Shown here one piece after another: positions 28,690-37,967 of a DNA stretch of 64,000 nt. Both the position numbers and the translations under genes were made by a program. The stretch is taken from positions 4,477 through 68,476 of the forward strand of contig DASYJY010000089.1 in assembly GCA_035995985.1 (NCBI GenBank). Direction: 5' to 3'. This DNA comes from Thermoanaerobaculia bacterium (GTDB taxonomy: Bacteria; Acidobacteriota; Thermoanaerobaculia; Gp7-AA8). Each line of letters opens with the position of its first letter. Within the stretch, counting starts at the first letter, position 1. The notes under the pieces were generated by a model, which made no database searches, was not told the DNA's origin, and was given only the letters and a program-made list of their open reading frames with translations.

Positions 28690-30039
28690 ATGGCCACCAA
28701 TCTCAAGAAAGTTGTCATTGTCGGACGCCCGAATGTGGGCAAGTCGACCCTCTTTAATCGCCTCGCCGGGAAACGCCGCGCGCTCACACATGACATGCCC
28801 GGCATGACGCGCGACCGCCTGTCGGACATCATCACGCTCGACGACGGCCGGCGCTACGAGCTCACCGACACCGGCGGACTCGAGTACGGCGATTCGCCGA
28901 TGTCCGCGTTCGCGGGCGAGATCCGCGATCAGGCGCGTCGCGCGCTCGACACCGCCGACTTCATCCTCTTCGTCGTGGATGGCGCCGCGGGTGTGCTGAC
29001 CGAGGATCGCGACATCGCTACGGAGTTGCGTCCGGCGGCGGGACGCACGCTGCTGCTGGTCAACAAAGTCGATCGCCGCGATGCCGAGGCGAACGTGCCG
29101 GAGTTTTACGAGCTTGGATTTGAGCGGATGCTGCCGCTGTCGGCCGAGCATGGCGAGGGGATCGACGAGCTGTTCGACACCATCGGCGAGATCGTTCCCG
29201 CCGATTCGGTAACGGAGATCGACGAAGACGACAAGGGTCCGATTCGCATCGCCATCATCGGACGTCCGAACGTCGGCAAGTCCTCGCTGCTGAATCGTCT
29301 GGCCGCGGAAGAGCGCGCCGTCGTCTCGCCGATCTCCGGCACTACGCGCGACGCGATCGACATGGAGATCGTGCGCGGCGGGCAGCAATACATGATCATC
29401 GACACGGCCGGAATCCGCCGCAAAGGGAAGACGCACGACGAGGCGGAGAAGCTGTCGGTGATCTCCGCGCGCAAAGCGATCGAGCGTTGCGAGATCGCGC
29501 TGGTGATGATCGACGCCGAGGATGGCGTTACCGGGCAGGATGCAACCGTCGCCGGGTACGCGGAAGATGCTGGCAAAGCCGCGATGCTGCTCGTGAACAA
29601 GTGGGATGCCGCCGCGCACGAGCAGGACGACTACAAGAAAGTCGAAGAAGAAATACGCTTCAAGCTGAAGTTTCTCCCGTACGCGCCGGTGGAGTTCATT
29701 TCTGCGAAGACCGGCCGCCGCGTCGAAAAGATTTTCCCGAGCATCGACAAGATCGTGGCCGGCTACCGCAAACGTTTCGGGACCTCGGAGTTGAACCAGA
29801 TCCTCGAACGCGCCATCGCCGGCCACCAGCCGCCGGCGGTGAAAGGCCGTCCGCGCCGTTTCTATTACACGACCCAACTCAAAACACAGCCGACGACAAT
29901 CGCGCTCTTCTCCAACGTCGACGAGCCGCTGCATTTTTCGTACAAGCGGTATCTGGAGAATCAGTTTCGGGAGGGGTTGGGCTTAGTCGGATGCCCCATC
30001 CATCTCGTGCTTCGGGCGAGAAAGGGAATGAAGAAATGA
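28690..30039 (+). CDS. der: Ribosome-associated GTPase Der (EngA)
   Basis: 449-aa ORF with two tandem G domains (GRPNVGKSTLFNRL and GRPNVGKSSLLNRL, DTGG/DTAG, NKVD/NKWD) and a KH-like C-terminus. Confidence 0.95.
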   Translation: MATNLKKVVIVGRPNVGKSTLFNRLAGKRRALTHDMPGMTRDRLSDIITLDDGRRYELTDTGGLEYGDSPMSAFAGEIRDQARRALDTADFILFVVDGAAGVLTEDRDIATELRPAAGRTLLLVNKVDRRDAEANVPEFYELGFERMLPLSAEHGEGIDELFDTIGEIVPADSVTEIDEDDKGPIRIAIIGRPNVGKSSLLNRLAAEERAVVSPISGTTRDAIDMEIVRGGQQYMIIDTAGIRRKGKTHDEAEKLSVISARKAIERCEIALVMIDAEDGVTGQDATVAGYAEDAGKAAMLLVNKWDAAAHEQDDYKKVEEEIRFKLKFLPYAPVEFISAKTGRRVEKIFPSIDKIVAGYRKRFGTSELNQILERAIAGHQPPAVKGRPRRFYYTTQLKTQPTTIALFSNVDEPLHFSYKRYLENQFREGLGLVGCPIHLVLRARKGMKK

Positions 30040-30332
30040 ACGCAGCGAAAAAGCGGCGACTGCTGATCGGCCTATTGATTGTCGTCAGCGCGATCGCCGT
30101 GGTCGCCACGGGGCTGTTCTTTGCGCAAGGCGGCTTTGGCGGCGGTCATGGCAGCTTCGATCAAGTTCTATTCGTCTTGGCATTGCCGTGGTCGATGGTT
30201 CCGTGGCCAGAGCCCTTGACGACCAATGACTTTACGTGGCTGGTCGTATTACCCTTTTTTCTCAATTTGGCAGTCGTCGCAGTCTTGAGCTTGTTAGGCA
30301 GGGGAGACGTTATCTGGGAAACGCCTCCTTGA
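30036..30332 (+). CDS. Hypothetical small membrane protein
   Basis: 98 aa from an ATG that overlaps the der stop (ATGA). Two or three hydrophobic helices and no motifs. Confidence 0.45.
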   Translation: MNAAKKRRLLIGLLIVVSAIAVVATGLFFAQGGFGGGHGSFDQVLFVLALPWSMVPWPEPLTTNDFTWLVVLPFFLNLAVVAVLSLLGRGDVIWETPP

Positions 30333-32301
30333 CCCCGCCATCCACGGGCAGCATCGCGCCGGTAGTTTTCGCCGATCGTGGGCCAGCCAGAAAGAGCGCG
30401 GCCTCGGCGACGTCATCCGCGGTGACCTCGGTCTTCAGCAACGTCCGATTGCGATAAAAGTCGGGGAGGTTCTCGGACGAGATGCCGTACGCCGTTGCGC
30501 GCATCGATCGCATCTCGTCGCTCCAGAATCGGGAGCCGCCGAAGATGGCGTCGGGGTTGAGCATGTTGGCGCGGATGCCGAACTCGCCGCCCTCCAGCGC
30601 CACGATGCGGCACAACTGCGCCTCGGCGGCTTTGCTCACGCTGTACGCGCCGAACTCCTTGCCGGGCGCGGTTACGTTCTTCGACGCGTTGAAGACGAGG
30701 CTGCCGCCGGTTTTCTGCTGTTTCATGATCCACAGCGCCGCGCGCGCGACGAGGAAATGTCCGCGCGCGTTGACGGCGAACGCGCGATCCCAATCGGCGG
30801 CGGGGAGGACGTCGAGGCTTCCGAACGAGGAGATGCCGGCATTGCTGACGATGATGTCGACGCCGCCGTAAACGGCGATCGTTTCCGCGTACGCGCGCTC
30901 GACGTCGTCTTCCCTGGAGACATCGAGCCGCAGCGCGATCGCGCGACGCAATCCATGCTTTGCCACGATGCCCTTCGCGACCTCCTCGGCCAGCGCGACA
31001 TCGACGTCGGTGACGACGACGTGCGCGCCCTCCTCGGCGAAGCGTTCCGCGCACGCGCGGCCGATGCCGCTCGCGGCGCCGGTGATGATCGCGACCTTTC
31101 CCGCCAGCTCTTTTTCCTTCGGCAGCAGCGTGAGTTTGTACAACTCCAGCGGCCAGTACTCTGCGTGAAACGCATCCTCATCGTTCAGCGTCTCGTAGCC
31201 GTCCGCGCCCTCGGCGGATTCGATGATGCGCATGGTGTGGCGGTAGATGTCGCGCACGATCCGCGCCGCGCGCGCGTCTTTGCCCGCCGTCCACATGCCC
31301 GCGCCGGGAACGAGGACGACGCGCGGATGCGCATCGAGCATCGCGAATTCGCTCGGATAGTTTTCGTAATGCGCTTTGTATCGTTCGACGTGATCGCCGA
31401 GCGCTTTCGAAACGTCGTCGCCCGCATCGAGAAAGAGTGGAAAGCGTTTCGTGTGCAGCAAGTGATCGGGCGTGGCCGGACCGATCTGCGTGATGCGCTT
31501 CGCGTCCTCGCGAGCGAGGAAGCGGAGCACGTCGTCGCTGCCGTCGAATTCGAGGATGACCGAACGCTTCGTGCCGAGGGCGCCGCGGATGACGGGAGCG
31601 AGCGTTGTTGTGTCGACGCTTGCCGAAGCCGAAACCGATGGACGCGATCGCAAGGCCAGCCACTCCTCCGCCTTCGTCACGAGCGCGATGTGCTTCTCGT
31701 ACGCCTCCCGCGCGTTCTCGCCCCAAGTGATCAGCCCATGATTCATGAGTACGAGTCCCTCGGCATCGGGCTTTGACGCGAATGCATCGGCGACATCGCG
31801 GCTCAATCGAAATCCCGGACGAAGATAGGGAACGGAGATCACCGAATCGCCGAAACATGCGCGCACCGTTGACTCACGGCCGCGTGTATTCGTTAGTCCG
31901 AGGATCGCATCCGCGTGTGTGTGCAGGACCGCGCGAGCGGGGAGGAACGCGTGCAGCAGCGTCTCGATCGACGGACGCCGGCTCGACGGATCGACGAGGC
32001 AGCGCGCCAGGTAGTCGACCATCTCCTGATCGCTCATCTCGCCTTCCCGTATCCGCAGCGGCTCGATGTAGTCGAGGCGCACCGCGGGAAACTCTTTCGG
32101 CACGATCGTCTTCATGTCGCTGCCGCTCGACTTGATGTACATCACCGGAATTGGTGTGCCGAGGAGGTCCGTGGATTGGGACTTGACGCTGTTGTTTCCG
32201 CCGCCCCACAGCACGAGCGATTCTTCGGCGCCGACGAGGCGCGACTGGTAGACGAGTTGGTCGATTTCGTTGTCGGGCGTCTCCGCCCAGCGGTTAATCA
32301 T
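30310..32301 (-). CDS. Bifunctional class II aldolase/adducin-domain protein fused to a short-chain dehydrogenase (rhamnulose-1-phosphate aldolase/alcohol dehydrogenase type)
   Basis: 663-aa ORF. The N-terminal half has aldolase-like His motifs (AVLHTHAD). The C-terminal half is an SDR with TGAASGIGRA, NAG and YSVSK. Confidence 0.85.
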   Translation of the reverse strand: MINRWAETPDNEIDQLVYQSRLVGAEESLVLWGGGNNSVKSQSTDLLGTPIPVMYIKSSGSDMKTIVPKEFPAVRLDYIEPLRIREGEMSDQEMVDYLARCLVDPSSRRPSIETLLHAFLPARAVLHTHADAILGLTNTRGRESTVRACFGDSVISVPYLRPGFRLSRDVADAFASKPDAEGLVLMNHGLITWGENAREAYEKHIALVTKAEEWLALRSRPSVSASASVDTTTLAPVIRGALGTKRSVILEFDGSDDVLRFLAREDAKRITQIGPATPDHLLHTKRFPLFLDAGDDVSKALGDHVERYKAHYENYPSEFAMLDAHPRVVLVPGAGMWTAGKDARAARIVRDIYRHTMRIIESAEGADGYETLNDEDAFHAEYWPLELYKLTLLPKEKELAGKVAIITGAASGIGRACAERFAEEGAHVVVTDVDVALAEEVAKGIVAKHGLRRAIALRLDVSREDDVERAYAETIAVYGGVDIIVSNAGISSFGSLDVLPAADWDRAFAVNARGHFLVARAALWIMKQQKTGGSLVFNASKNVTAPGKEFGAYSVSKAAEAQLCRIVALEGGEFGIRANMLNPDAIFGGSRFWSDEMRSMRATAYGISSENLPDFYRNRTLLKTEVTADDVAEAALFLAGPRSAKTTGAMLPVDGGVKEAFPR

Positions 32302-32339
32302 GCGGCGTATTATCGACAGACAACGAAAAGGGGGAAGTC

Positions 32340-32762
32340 ATGAATCGTCTGCTGTCCGTTGTTCTCATCGCAGTCGCGGCATCGCTCTTCCTGGCCGCGG
32401 CGCCTGTGACCTCCGTATCGGCGACGGCATCGATCGATCTGAGCATCGAGATTGCGCCGACGTCGTATGGCCCCTACGAGTTGTTGCGCGAACAACATCG
32501 CGGCACCTTCACCTGCTGCGCGATGTGGCTCGATGAGCCGAACCATCGCATCTACGGATCGGTGAGCGTCGTGGTCCATCCGGGCGAGGAGCAGACGGAG
32601 ACATCCATCGCCGGCGGCGTGAAGATGACGATGAAAGGGCGCGTCGACTCCGGCCGCACTGGCGCGACCGCCGAGGTCACCGTTGTACGCGACGGAGTTC
32701 TGATCGCGCATCAGCAGAGCCGCGTGAAGTTGACGGGATCCGGCCGTTCACAGGTGTACTGA
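32340..32762 (+). CDS. Hypothetical secreted protein
   Basis: 140-aa ORF with a signal peptide (LIAVAASLFLAAAP), preceded by a GGGGGAAG RBS-like sequence. No motifs recognised. Confidence 0.5.
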   Translation: MNRLLSVVLIAVAASLFLAAAPVTSVSATASIDLSIEIAPTSYGPYELLREQHRGTFTCCAMWLDEPNHRIYGSVSVVVHPGEEQTETSIAGGVKMTMKGRVDSGRTGATAEVTVVRDGVLIAHQQSRVKLTGSGRSQVY

Positions 32763-32816
32763 ACGCGCCGGCGCCCCGGTGCTACACTCAGCGCCTCATC
32801 AACAAGGAGGCATTGC

Positions 32817-33299
32817 ATGCGTCACGTTGCCGGGGCGTTGCTCGTGGTTTTTCTCGTCGCACTGCCGGCCTTCGCTATCGATCCTGGACACGCCGAGGGG
32901 AGCTTGACTATCGATGCGAACAAGATCCCGCTCAACTACGCGTACGCCGTGGCGAAGCAGAAGAATGAGCTCTCCGGCCGCAACGAGATGACGCGCATCA
33001 TCCTCACCGAAAAGCCGCTGCCCGACGGCGCGAAGCTGACGGAGATGGACAACAACCTTCCCGGCAATCTGAACGGCGTGATCATCTGCATCGACAAACT
33101 CGGACGCGTCGGCCACGTCGCCGTCCAGCACCCGAAGGGAACGTACGACGGCGGCTACTTCGAGGGCGTTCCCGATTACGAGTTCAAGCAGCGCAAGGGC
33201 GAGTCGGGAACGTACGGCGGCACCGTTTCGTCGATGAGCATCAAGACGAACACGATGACGTTCTCCTACGATGCGACATTCGTCGCCTCGCTCCGGTAA
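32817..33299 (+). CDS. Hypothetical secreted protein
   Basis: 160-aa ORF with a signal peptide (LLVVFLVALPAFA) and an AAGGAGG RBS 6 nt upstream. No motifs recognised. Confidence 0.6.
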   Translation: MRHVAGALLVVFLVALPAFAIDPGHAEGSLTIDANKIPLNYAYAVAKQKNELSGRNEMTRIILTEKPLPDGAKLTEMDNNLPGNLNGVIICIDKLGRVGHVAVQHPKGTYDGGYFEGVPDYEFKQRKGESGTYGGTVSSMSIKTNTMTFSYDATFVASLR

Positions 33300-33320
33300 A
33301 CCGTTACACTTTCGCGGTTC

Positions 33321-35825
33321 ATGGCGCTCTTCTCCAACGAAGTCAGCGATGCGGTGAAGCGTCTGGCGGCGAAGTCGTACGCGACGCAGGAAGAGCGCGA
33401 CGAGTTGCTCGGCCGCGTCGAATCGGCAGACGGCGTGCGGGCGCGCGACGTCATCTGGATGTTGTTCCGGCCGGACCGTGCGCTCCGCGACAGTGCCGCG
33501 CGCGTGCTGCTGCGCGTTCGCGACGCCGAAACGCTCGACGTTTTTCTTGCCGAATCGAAAGGGAAACCGGAACAGGCTCTGCGCGCCGCGGCCGCGGCTC
33601 TCTTTGCGCTCGGGCTGCCGGCGATTGACGCGCGTCTAGTCCAACTTCTTGCGCCGCCGCCGAAGGAGACGAAGGAAACGCGCGAGCTGCAGGATGCCGT
33701 GCGGCGTCTGCTGGCCGAGGCGCCGATGTCGCGGCAATTGGAGCCGGTGCTGTGGCAGCTTGCGTCTTCCGGCAATCCCGACGAGCGCCTGCCGTTTCTC
33801 AACAAGCTCGCATCGAGTGAGATCGACGAGAACGCAGCGCGCCGCTGGCGGCGGATCGCTGCCGATCCCAGCCCGGCCGTGCGCGACAAAGCGATCGAAG
33901 TTCTGGCTGCGAAAGCGCCGCAGCATTCGCTCGATCTGCTGATCGAAGCGCTGCCACGCGCCGGTTATGCTGTGCAGCAAACGATCGTCGAGGCGATGAC
34001 GAAGCTGGCCGCCGGACAAGGCGCCGCATTCGCCGACCGTCTTCTTCCCGCGCTGGCGTCCGGCGACGCCGCCACGCGCACCGCCGTTCTGAAAATACTC
34101 CTCGGCATCGGCGATCCGGCCGGCGTCATCAAACGCTACATCCGTTTCTCCAGCACGCTGGCCGGCTTCATCCGCGACCGCGCGCTCGATTCGCTGCGCG
34201 AGTTTGGCGCCGCGCTCATCGAGCCGGTCATCGAACTGCTGCACGATGCCGATCCTGACACGCGCTCCGGCGCGATGGCCGTCGCCGGCGGATTCGAAGA
34301 TGTGCGCATCGTCCCCGCGACGGTTCAACTGCTGCGCGATCCCGACTGGTGGATTCGGATTTCCGCCGCCGACATGCTCGGACGCCTCAAGGATCCGCGC
34401 GCCGTCGAGCCACTCGTGGCGACGCTGGCCGATCCCGACATGAAGTGGGCCGCCGTCGAAGCGCTCGGCCGGATCGGCGATCCGCGCGCATTGCCTGCGC
34501 TGGGAAAGATGCTCGCCGACCCGCTGCCCGACGTTCGCATCGAAGTCATGCTGGCGTTGAAGAACTTCCAGCATCCGCAGGTTCGCAATGCGCTGACGAG
34601 CGTCGCGCAAAACGATCCCGATCGCGGCGTCCGGACGCACGCGATCGAAATTCTCGATGAGCTTGCCGCGACCGATCGCCAGTCGCAGTCGGGCATCGAC
34701 GCGATTCGCAAAGCGGCGCTGACGGTCGCCGTCGCACAGGGCGAGCCGCGGCTCAATACGCTGCTGATCGCTACGCGCAATCAGGGCGGATCAGACTTTC
34801 ACCTCTCCGTCGGCCAGCCGCCGATCGTCCGCCTCTCCGCCGATCTGCTGCGCGCGCAGGGCGAGCCGTTTACCGCGGCGCAGACGGAGTCGATGCTGAA
34901 GGAAGTGCTCAGCGACGCGCAGTGGGCCACGCTGCAGACGCAGACGCAGATCGACTTCTGCTACGTCGTCCCGCAAGGCGGCCGCTATCGCGCGAACGTT
35001 TTCTTCGATCATCACGGCTACAACGGCGTCTTCCGCGTCATCCCGGAGAAGCCGCCAACGATCGTCGACCTCGGGCTGCCCGCGCATCTCGCGGAGATCT
35101 CCGACTATCACCAGGGACTCGTGCTCGTCTGCGGTCCGTCCGGTTCGGGCAAGTCGACGACGCTCGCGGCGCTCGTGAATCTGTTCAACGAGACGCGCAA
35201 CGATCACATCCTGACGATGGAGGACCCGGTCGAGTTCGTCCATCCGTTCAAGAATTGCCTCATCAATCAGCGCGAAGTCGGGTCGCACACGAATTCATTC
35301 GCGCGCGCACTGCGGGCGGCGTTGCGCGAAGACCCCGACGTGATCGTGATCGGCGAGCTGCGCGACAACGAATCGATCACGCTCGCCCTCACCGCCGCCG
35401 AGACCGGCCACATAGTCCTCGGCACGCTGAACTCCACCAGCGCACCGAAAGCAATCGATCGCATCCTCTCCAGTTTCCCCGCCGACGAGCAGCCGCAGAT
35501 TCGCGCGTCGCTCTCCGAGTCGCTGCGGTATTGCATCGCGCAGCGCCTGCTGCCGGCGCGGGAAGGACGCCGCCAGGTTGCCGCCTTCGAAGTACTCAAA
35601 GGCACGAGCAACATCGGCACGATGATTCGCGACCAGAAGACCTACCAGATTTACTCGGCGATGCAGATCGGACGTTCCCTCGGCATGCAGACGTTCGACG
35701 AGGCGCTCAAGGACTTGCTGCGCCGCGAACAGATCAGCGCGGAGACGGCGTACCTCGCAGCGCTGAAAAAAGAAGATTTCGAATCGATGGTCAGCCCCGA
35801 GTTCATCGCCCGAGGAAAAGCGTAA
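33321..35825 (+). CDS. HEAT-repeat domain fused to a PilT-like type IV pilus retraction ATPase
   Basis: 834-aa ORF. About 470 aa of HEAT/PBS-lyase-type repeats (DPDWWIRISAADMLGRLKDPRAVEPLV, DPDMKWAAVEALGRIGDPRALPAL, DPLPDVRIEVMLAL) are followed by a PilT core with Walker A GPSGSGKST, Asp box MEDPVEFVH and Walker B DVIVIGELRD. The His box reads GTLNS instead of GTLHT. Confidence 0.85.
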   Translation: MALFSNEVSDAVKRLAAKSYATQEERDELLGRVESADGVRARDVIWMLFRPDRALRDSAARVLLRVRDAETLDVFLAESKGKPEQALRAAAAALFALGLPAIDARLVQLLAPPPKETKETRELQDAVRRLLAEAPMSRQLEPVLWQLASSGNPDERLPFLNKLASSEIDENAARRWRRIAADPSPAVRDKAIEVLAAKAPQHSLDLLIEALPRAGYAVQQTIVEAMTKLAAGQGAAFADRLLPALASGDAATRTAVLKILLGIGDPAGVIKRYIRFSSTLAGFIRDRALDSLREFGAALIEPVIELLHDADPDTRSGAMAVAGGFEDVRIVPATVQLLRDPDWWIRISAADMLGRLKDPRAVEPLVATLADPDMKWAAVEALGRIGDPRALPALGKMLADPLPDVRIEVMLALKNFQHPQVRNALTSVAQNDPDRGVRTHAIEILDELAATDRQSQSGIDAIRKAALTVAVAQGEPRLNTLLIATRNQGGSDFHLSVGQPPIVRLSADLLRAQGEPFTAAQTESMLKEVLSDAQWATLQTQTQIDFCYVVPQGGRYRANVFFDHHGYNGVFRVIPEKPPTIVDLGLPAHLAEISDYHQGLVLVCGPSGSGKSTTLAALVNLFNETRNDHILTMEDPVEFVHPFKNCLINQREVGSHTNSFARALRAALREDPDVIVIGELRDNESITLALTAAETGHIVLGTLNSTSAPKAIDRILSSFPADEQPQIRASLSESLRYCIAQRLLPAREGRRQVAAFEVLKGTSNIGTMIRDQKTYQIYSAMQIGRSLGMQTFDEALKDLLRREQISAETAYLAALKKEDFESMVSPEFIARGKA

Positions 35826-36889
35826 TGGCGATGCAGAAGATCGATCGCTTCCTCAAGCTGATGAACGATCGCGGCGCGTCCGATTTTCATCTCACCGTCG
35901 GCCGTCCGCCGATGCTGCGTGCGTCGGGGACGATGGAGTCGATCCGCTATCGCACGCTGACCGAGGGCGATTTCGCGGAGATGATCAAGCCGGTCACGCC
36001 GGCCAGGTTGTGGGACGAATACCAGCAGACCGGCGACGTCGATTTCTCGTACGAGATTCCGGACGTGGCCCGCTACCGCGTCAATCTCTTTCGCCAGCAG
36101 CGCGGTGGCGGCGCGGTCTTCCGCGTCATCCCTACGAAGATCATGACGCTCGAACAGCTCGGCCTTCCCGATCCGGTGCGCCGCATCGCCTCGATTCGCA
36201 GCGGTCTGGTGCTCGTGACCGGCCCGACCGGTTCCGGCAAGTCGACGACACTCGCGGCCATCATCGATCTGATCAACGAGACGCGCGGACTGCACATCAT
36301 CACAATTGAGGACCCAATCGAATTCGTGCATCCGAACAAGAAATGCCTCGTACACCAGCGCGAGATCGGCACGCATGCGAAATCGTTCGCCGAGGCGCTG
36401 AAGGCCGCCGGCCGCGAAGATCCGGACGTGATCCTGGTCGGCGAAATGCGCGATCTGGAAACGATCGCCATGGCCCTTTCCGCCGCGGAGCGCGGCACGC
36501 TCGTCTTCGGCACGCTCCACACGAACAACGCTGCGAAGACGATGGACCGCATCATCAGCGTCTTCCCGGCCTCGGAACAGGAAGGCGTCCGCAACGTGCT
36601 CGGCGAAACAATTCGCGGCGTCGTCGCCCAGCAACTGATGCCGAAAGTCGGCGGTGGCCGCATCGCCGCTGTGGAGATCCTCTTCGCCTCGCCCGCTATC
36701 GGCAACATGATCCGCGAGGGTAAGACTTCGCAGGTGACCAGCGCGATCCAGACCGGCGTGAAGGAAGGGATGATCGACATGGACGGCTCCATCCGCCGCC
36801 TCTACGACGCCGGCCTCGTCACCGCCCGCGCCGCCTACGACAAGGCGATCGACAAGGAGCAGTTCAAGGACTTGCTGGAGACGGCTTGA
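35825..36889 (+). CDS. pilT: Type IV pilus twitching-motility ATPase PilT (canonical)
   Basis: 354 aa from an ATG overlapping the upstream stop (TAATG). Walker A GPTGSGKST, IEDPIEFVH, DVILVGEMRD, His box GTLHTNNA and the C-terminal motif AIGNMIREGK. Confidence 0.92.
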   Translation: MAMQKIDRFLKLMNDRGASDFHLTVGRPPMLRASGTMESIRYRTLTEGDFAEMIKPVTPARLWDEYQQTGDVDFSYEIPDVARYRVNLFRQQRGGGAVFRVIPTKIMTLEQLGLPDPVRRIASIRSGLVLVTGPTGSGKSTTLAAIIDLINETRGLHIITIEDPIEFVHPNKKCLVHQREIGTHAKSFAEALKAAGREDPDVILVGEMRDLETIAMALSAAERGTLVFGTLHTNNAAKTMDRIISVFPASEQEGVRNVLGETIRGVVAQQLMPKVGGGRIAAVEILFASPAIGNMIREGKTSQVTSAIQTGVKEGMIDMDGSIRRLYDAGLVTARAAYDKAIDKEQFKDLLETA

Positions 36890-36999
36890 CTCAACCTAAG
36901 GACGCCCTCGAAATCGAGTCAGCGAAGCTCGATCGTGAAGAGGAGCAGGCCATGGCTGATGAAAGCTGTGTCGCCGAAATCGACCTTTCGGAATCCGAT

Positions 37000-37041
37000 G
37001 CGTTTTATACGTAGAGTTCGCGAACTCTGCGTATAAAACGC
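37000..37041. repeat. 42-bp AT-rich near-perfect palindrome abutting the stop of the cNMP/DUF1003 gene
   Basis: GCGTTTTATACGTAGAGTTCG (37000-37020) and CGAACTCTGCGTATAAAACGC (37021-37041) are reverse complements with one mismatch and no loop. It lies between convergent genes. Confidence 0.7.
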
Positions 37042-37883
37042 TAACCCTTCCTGAGCAGCCCTTCCATCATCGCGAACCGCTCCAGCATTTCCGTGTAGAT
37101 GCGGTCGGTCTTTTCGTGGAGATGCGCGACTTCGAGCTCCGCTTTGATGTTGACCTCGTATTCGACGTCGGAGCGGACGTGATCTTTTTCGGCCTGGCGG
37201 TTCTGGCTGATCAGAACGAAGCAGGAGAGGAAGATTGCTTCCAGCGAGACGATCATCGTCAACAGGCCGAACGGATATGGATCGAACGCGGGGATGCCGA
37301 GGCGGAAGGTGTTGACGATGATCCAGGCGCCGAACCAAATGAGGTTGATGAGCAGGAACGGCATGCTGCCGCTGAACCAGGCGATCCAGTCGGCGATTTT
37401 CTGGAGCGCGCTGAGGTTTTCCTCGACCTCGATGTTGACGTTGCGGGAGACGCGCGTTTGGAGGAGCTCGTCCGCTTTTCGCGTCATGTGTCCGACTGCT
37501 GCCAGCAGCCGCACAGCCGCCTCGGGTGTTTTCCGGAAGAGGAGCAGCAGGTCGTCGCGATCGAGCTCAAGCAATTCGGTGTCTACGAGCGCAAGCGCGG
37601 TGGCAGTGCGGGCGCCGCGGTCGAGGAGTGCCAGCTCGCCGAAGATCTCGCCGTCGCGCGCGACCGTGAGCACGATCTTCTGTCCGGCCGTGTCTTTGAT
37701 GAACAACTCGACCTCGCCCGCAGTGACGACGAACAGCGATTCGCCCGGCTCGCCGGCTTGAAAGAGCGTCGTTCCCGCCTTCAGCTCGCGCCGATCGACG
37801 ACAAGCGCTAACTGCGTGCGATCCTCTTCGGTAAGCTGCTCAAAAAGCTCGTTCTTCGCGAGCATCCCTGCATCACACGGCAT
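37041..37883 (-). CDS. Cyclic-nucleotide-binding domain fused to a DUF1003 membrane domain
   Basis: 280-aa ORF. The N-terminal cNMP-binding domain has IFGELALLDRGARTATA. The C-terminal part has two TM helices plus the coiled tail characteristic of DUF1003 (FDPYPFGLLTMIVSLEAIFLSCFVLISQNRQ). Confidence 0.78.
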   Translation of the reverse strand: MPCDAGMLAKNELFEQLTEEDRTQLALVVDRRELKAGTTLFQAGEPGESLFVVTAGEVELFIKDTAGQKIVLTVARDGEIFGELALLDRGARTATALALVDTELLELDRDDLLLLFRKTPEAAVRLLAAVGHMTRKADELLQTRVSRNVNIEVEENLSALQKIADWIAWFSGSMPFLLINLIWFGAWIIVNTFRLGIPAFDPYPFGLLTMIVSLEAIFLSCFVLISQNRQAEKDHVRSDVEYEVNIKAELEVAHLHEKTDRIYTEMLERFAMMEGLLRKG

Positions 37884-37967
37884 ACGTCCCTCCGTTGAGT
37901 CGCGGGAGTGTAGCCGGAGACGGCGATCGCGACGTGATGAAGGTCGGCCCTTCGATTCTGATGGGCC

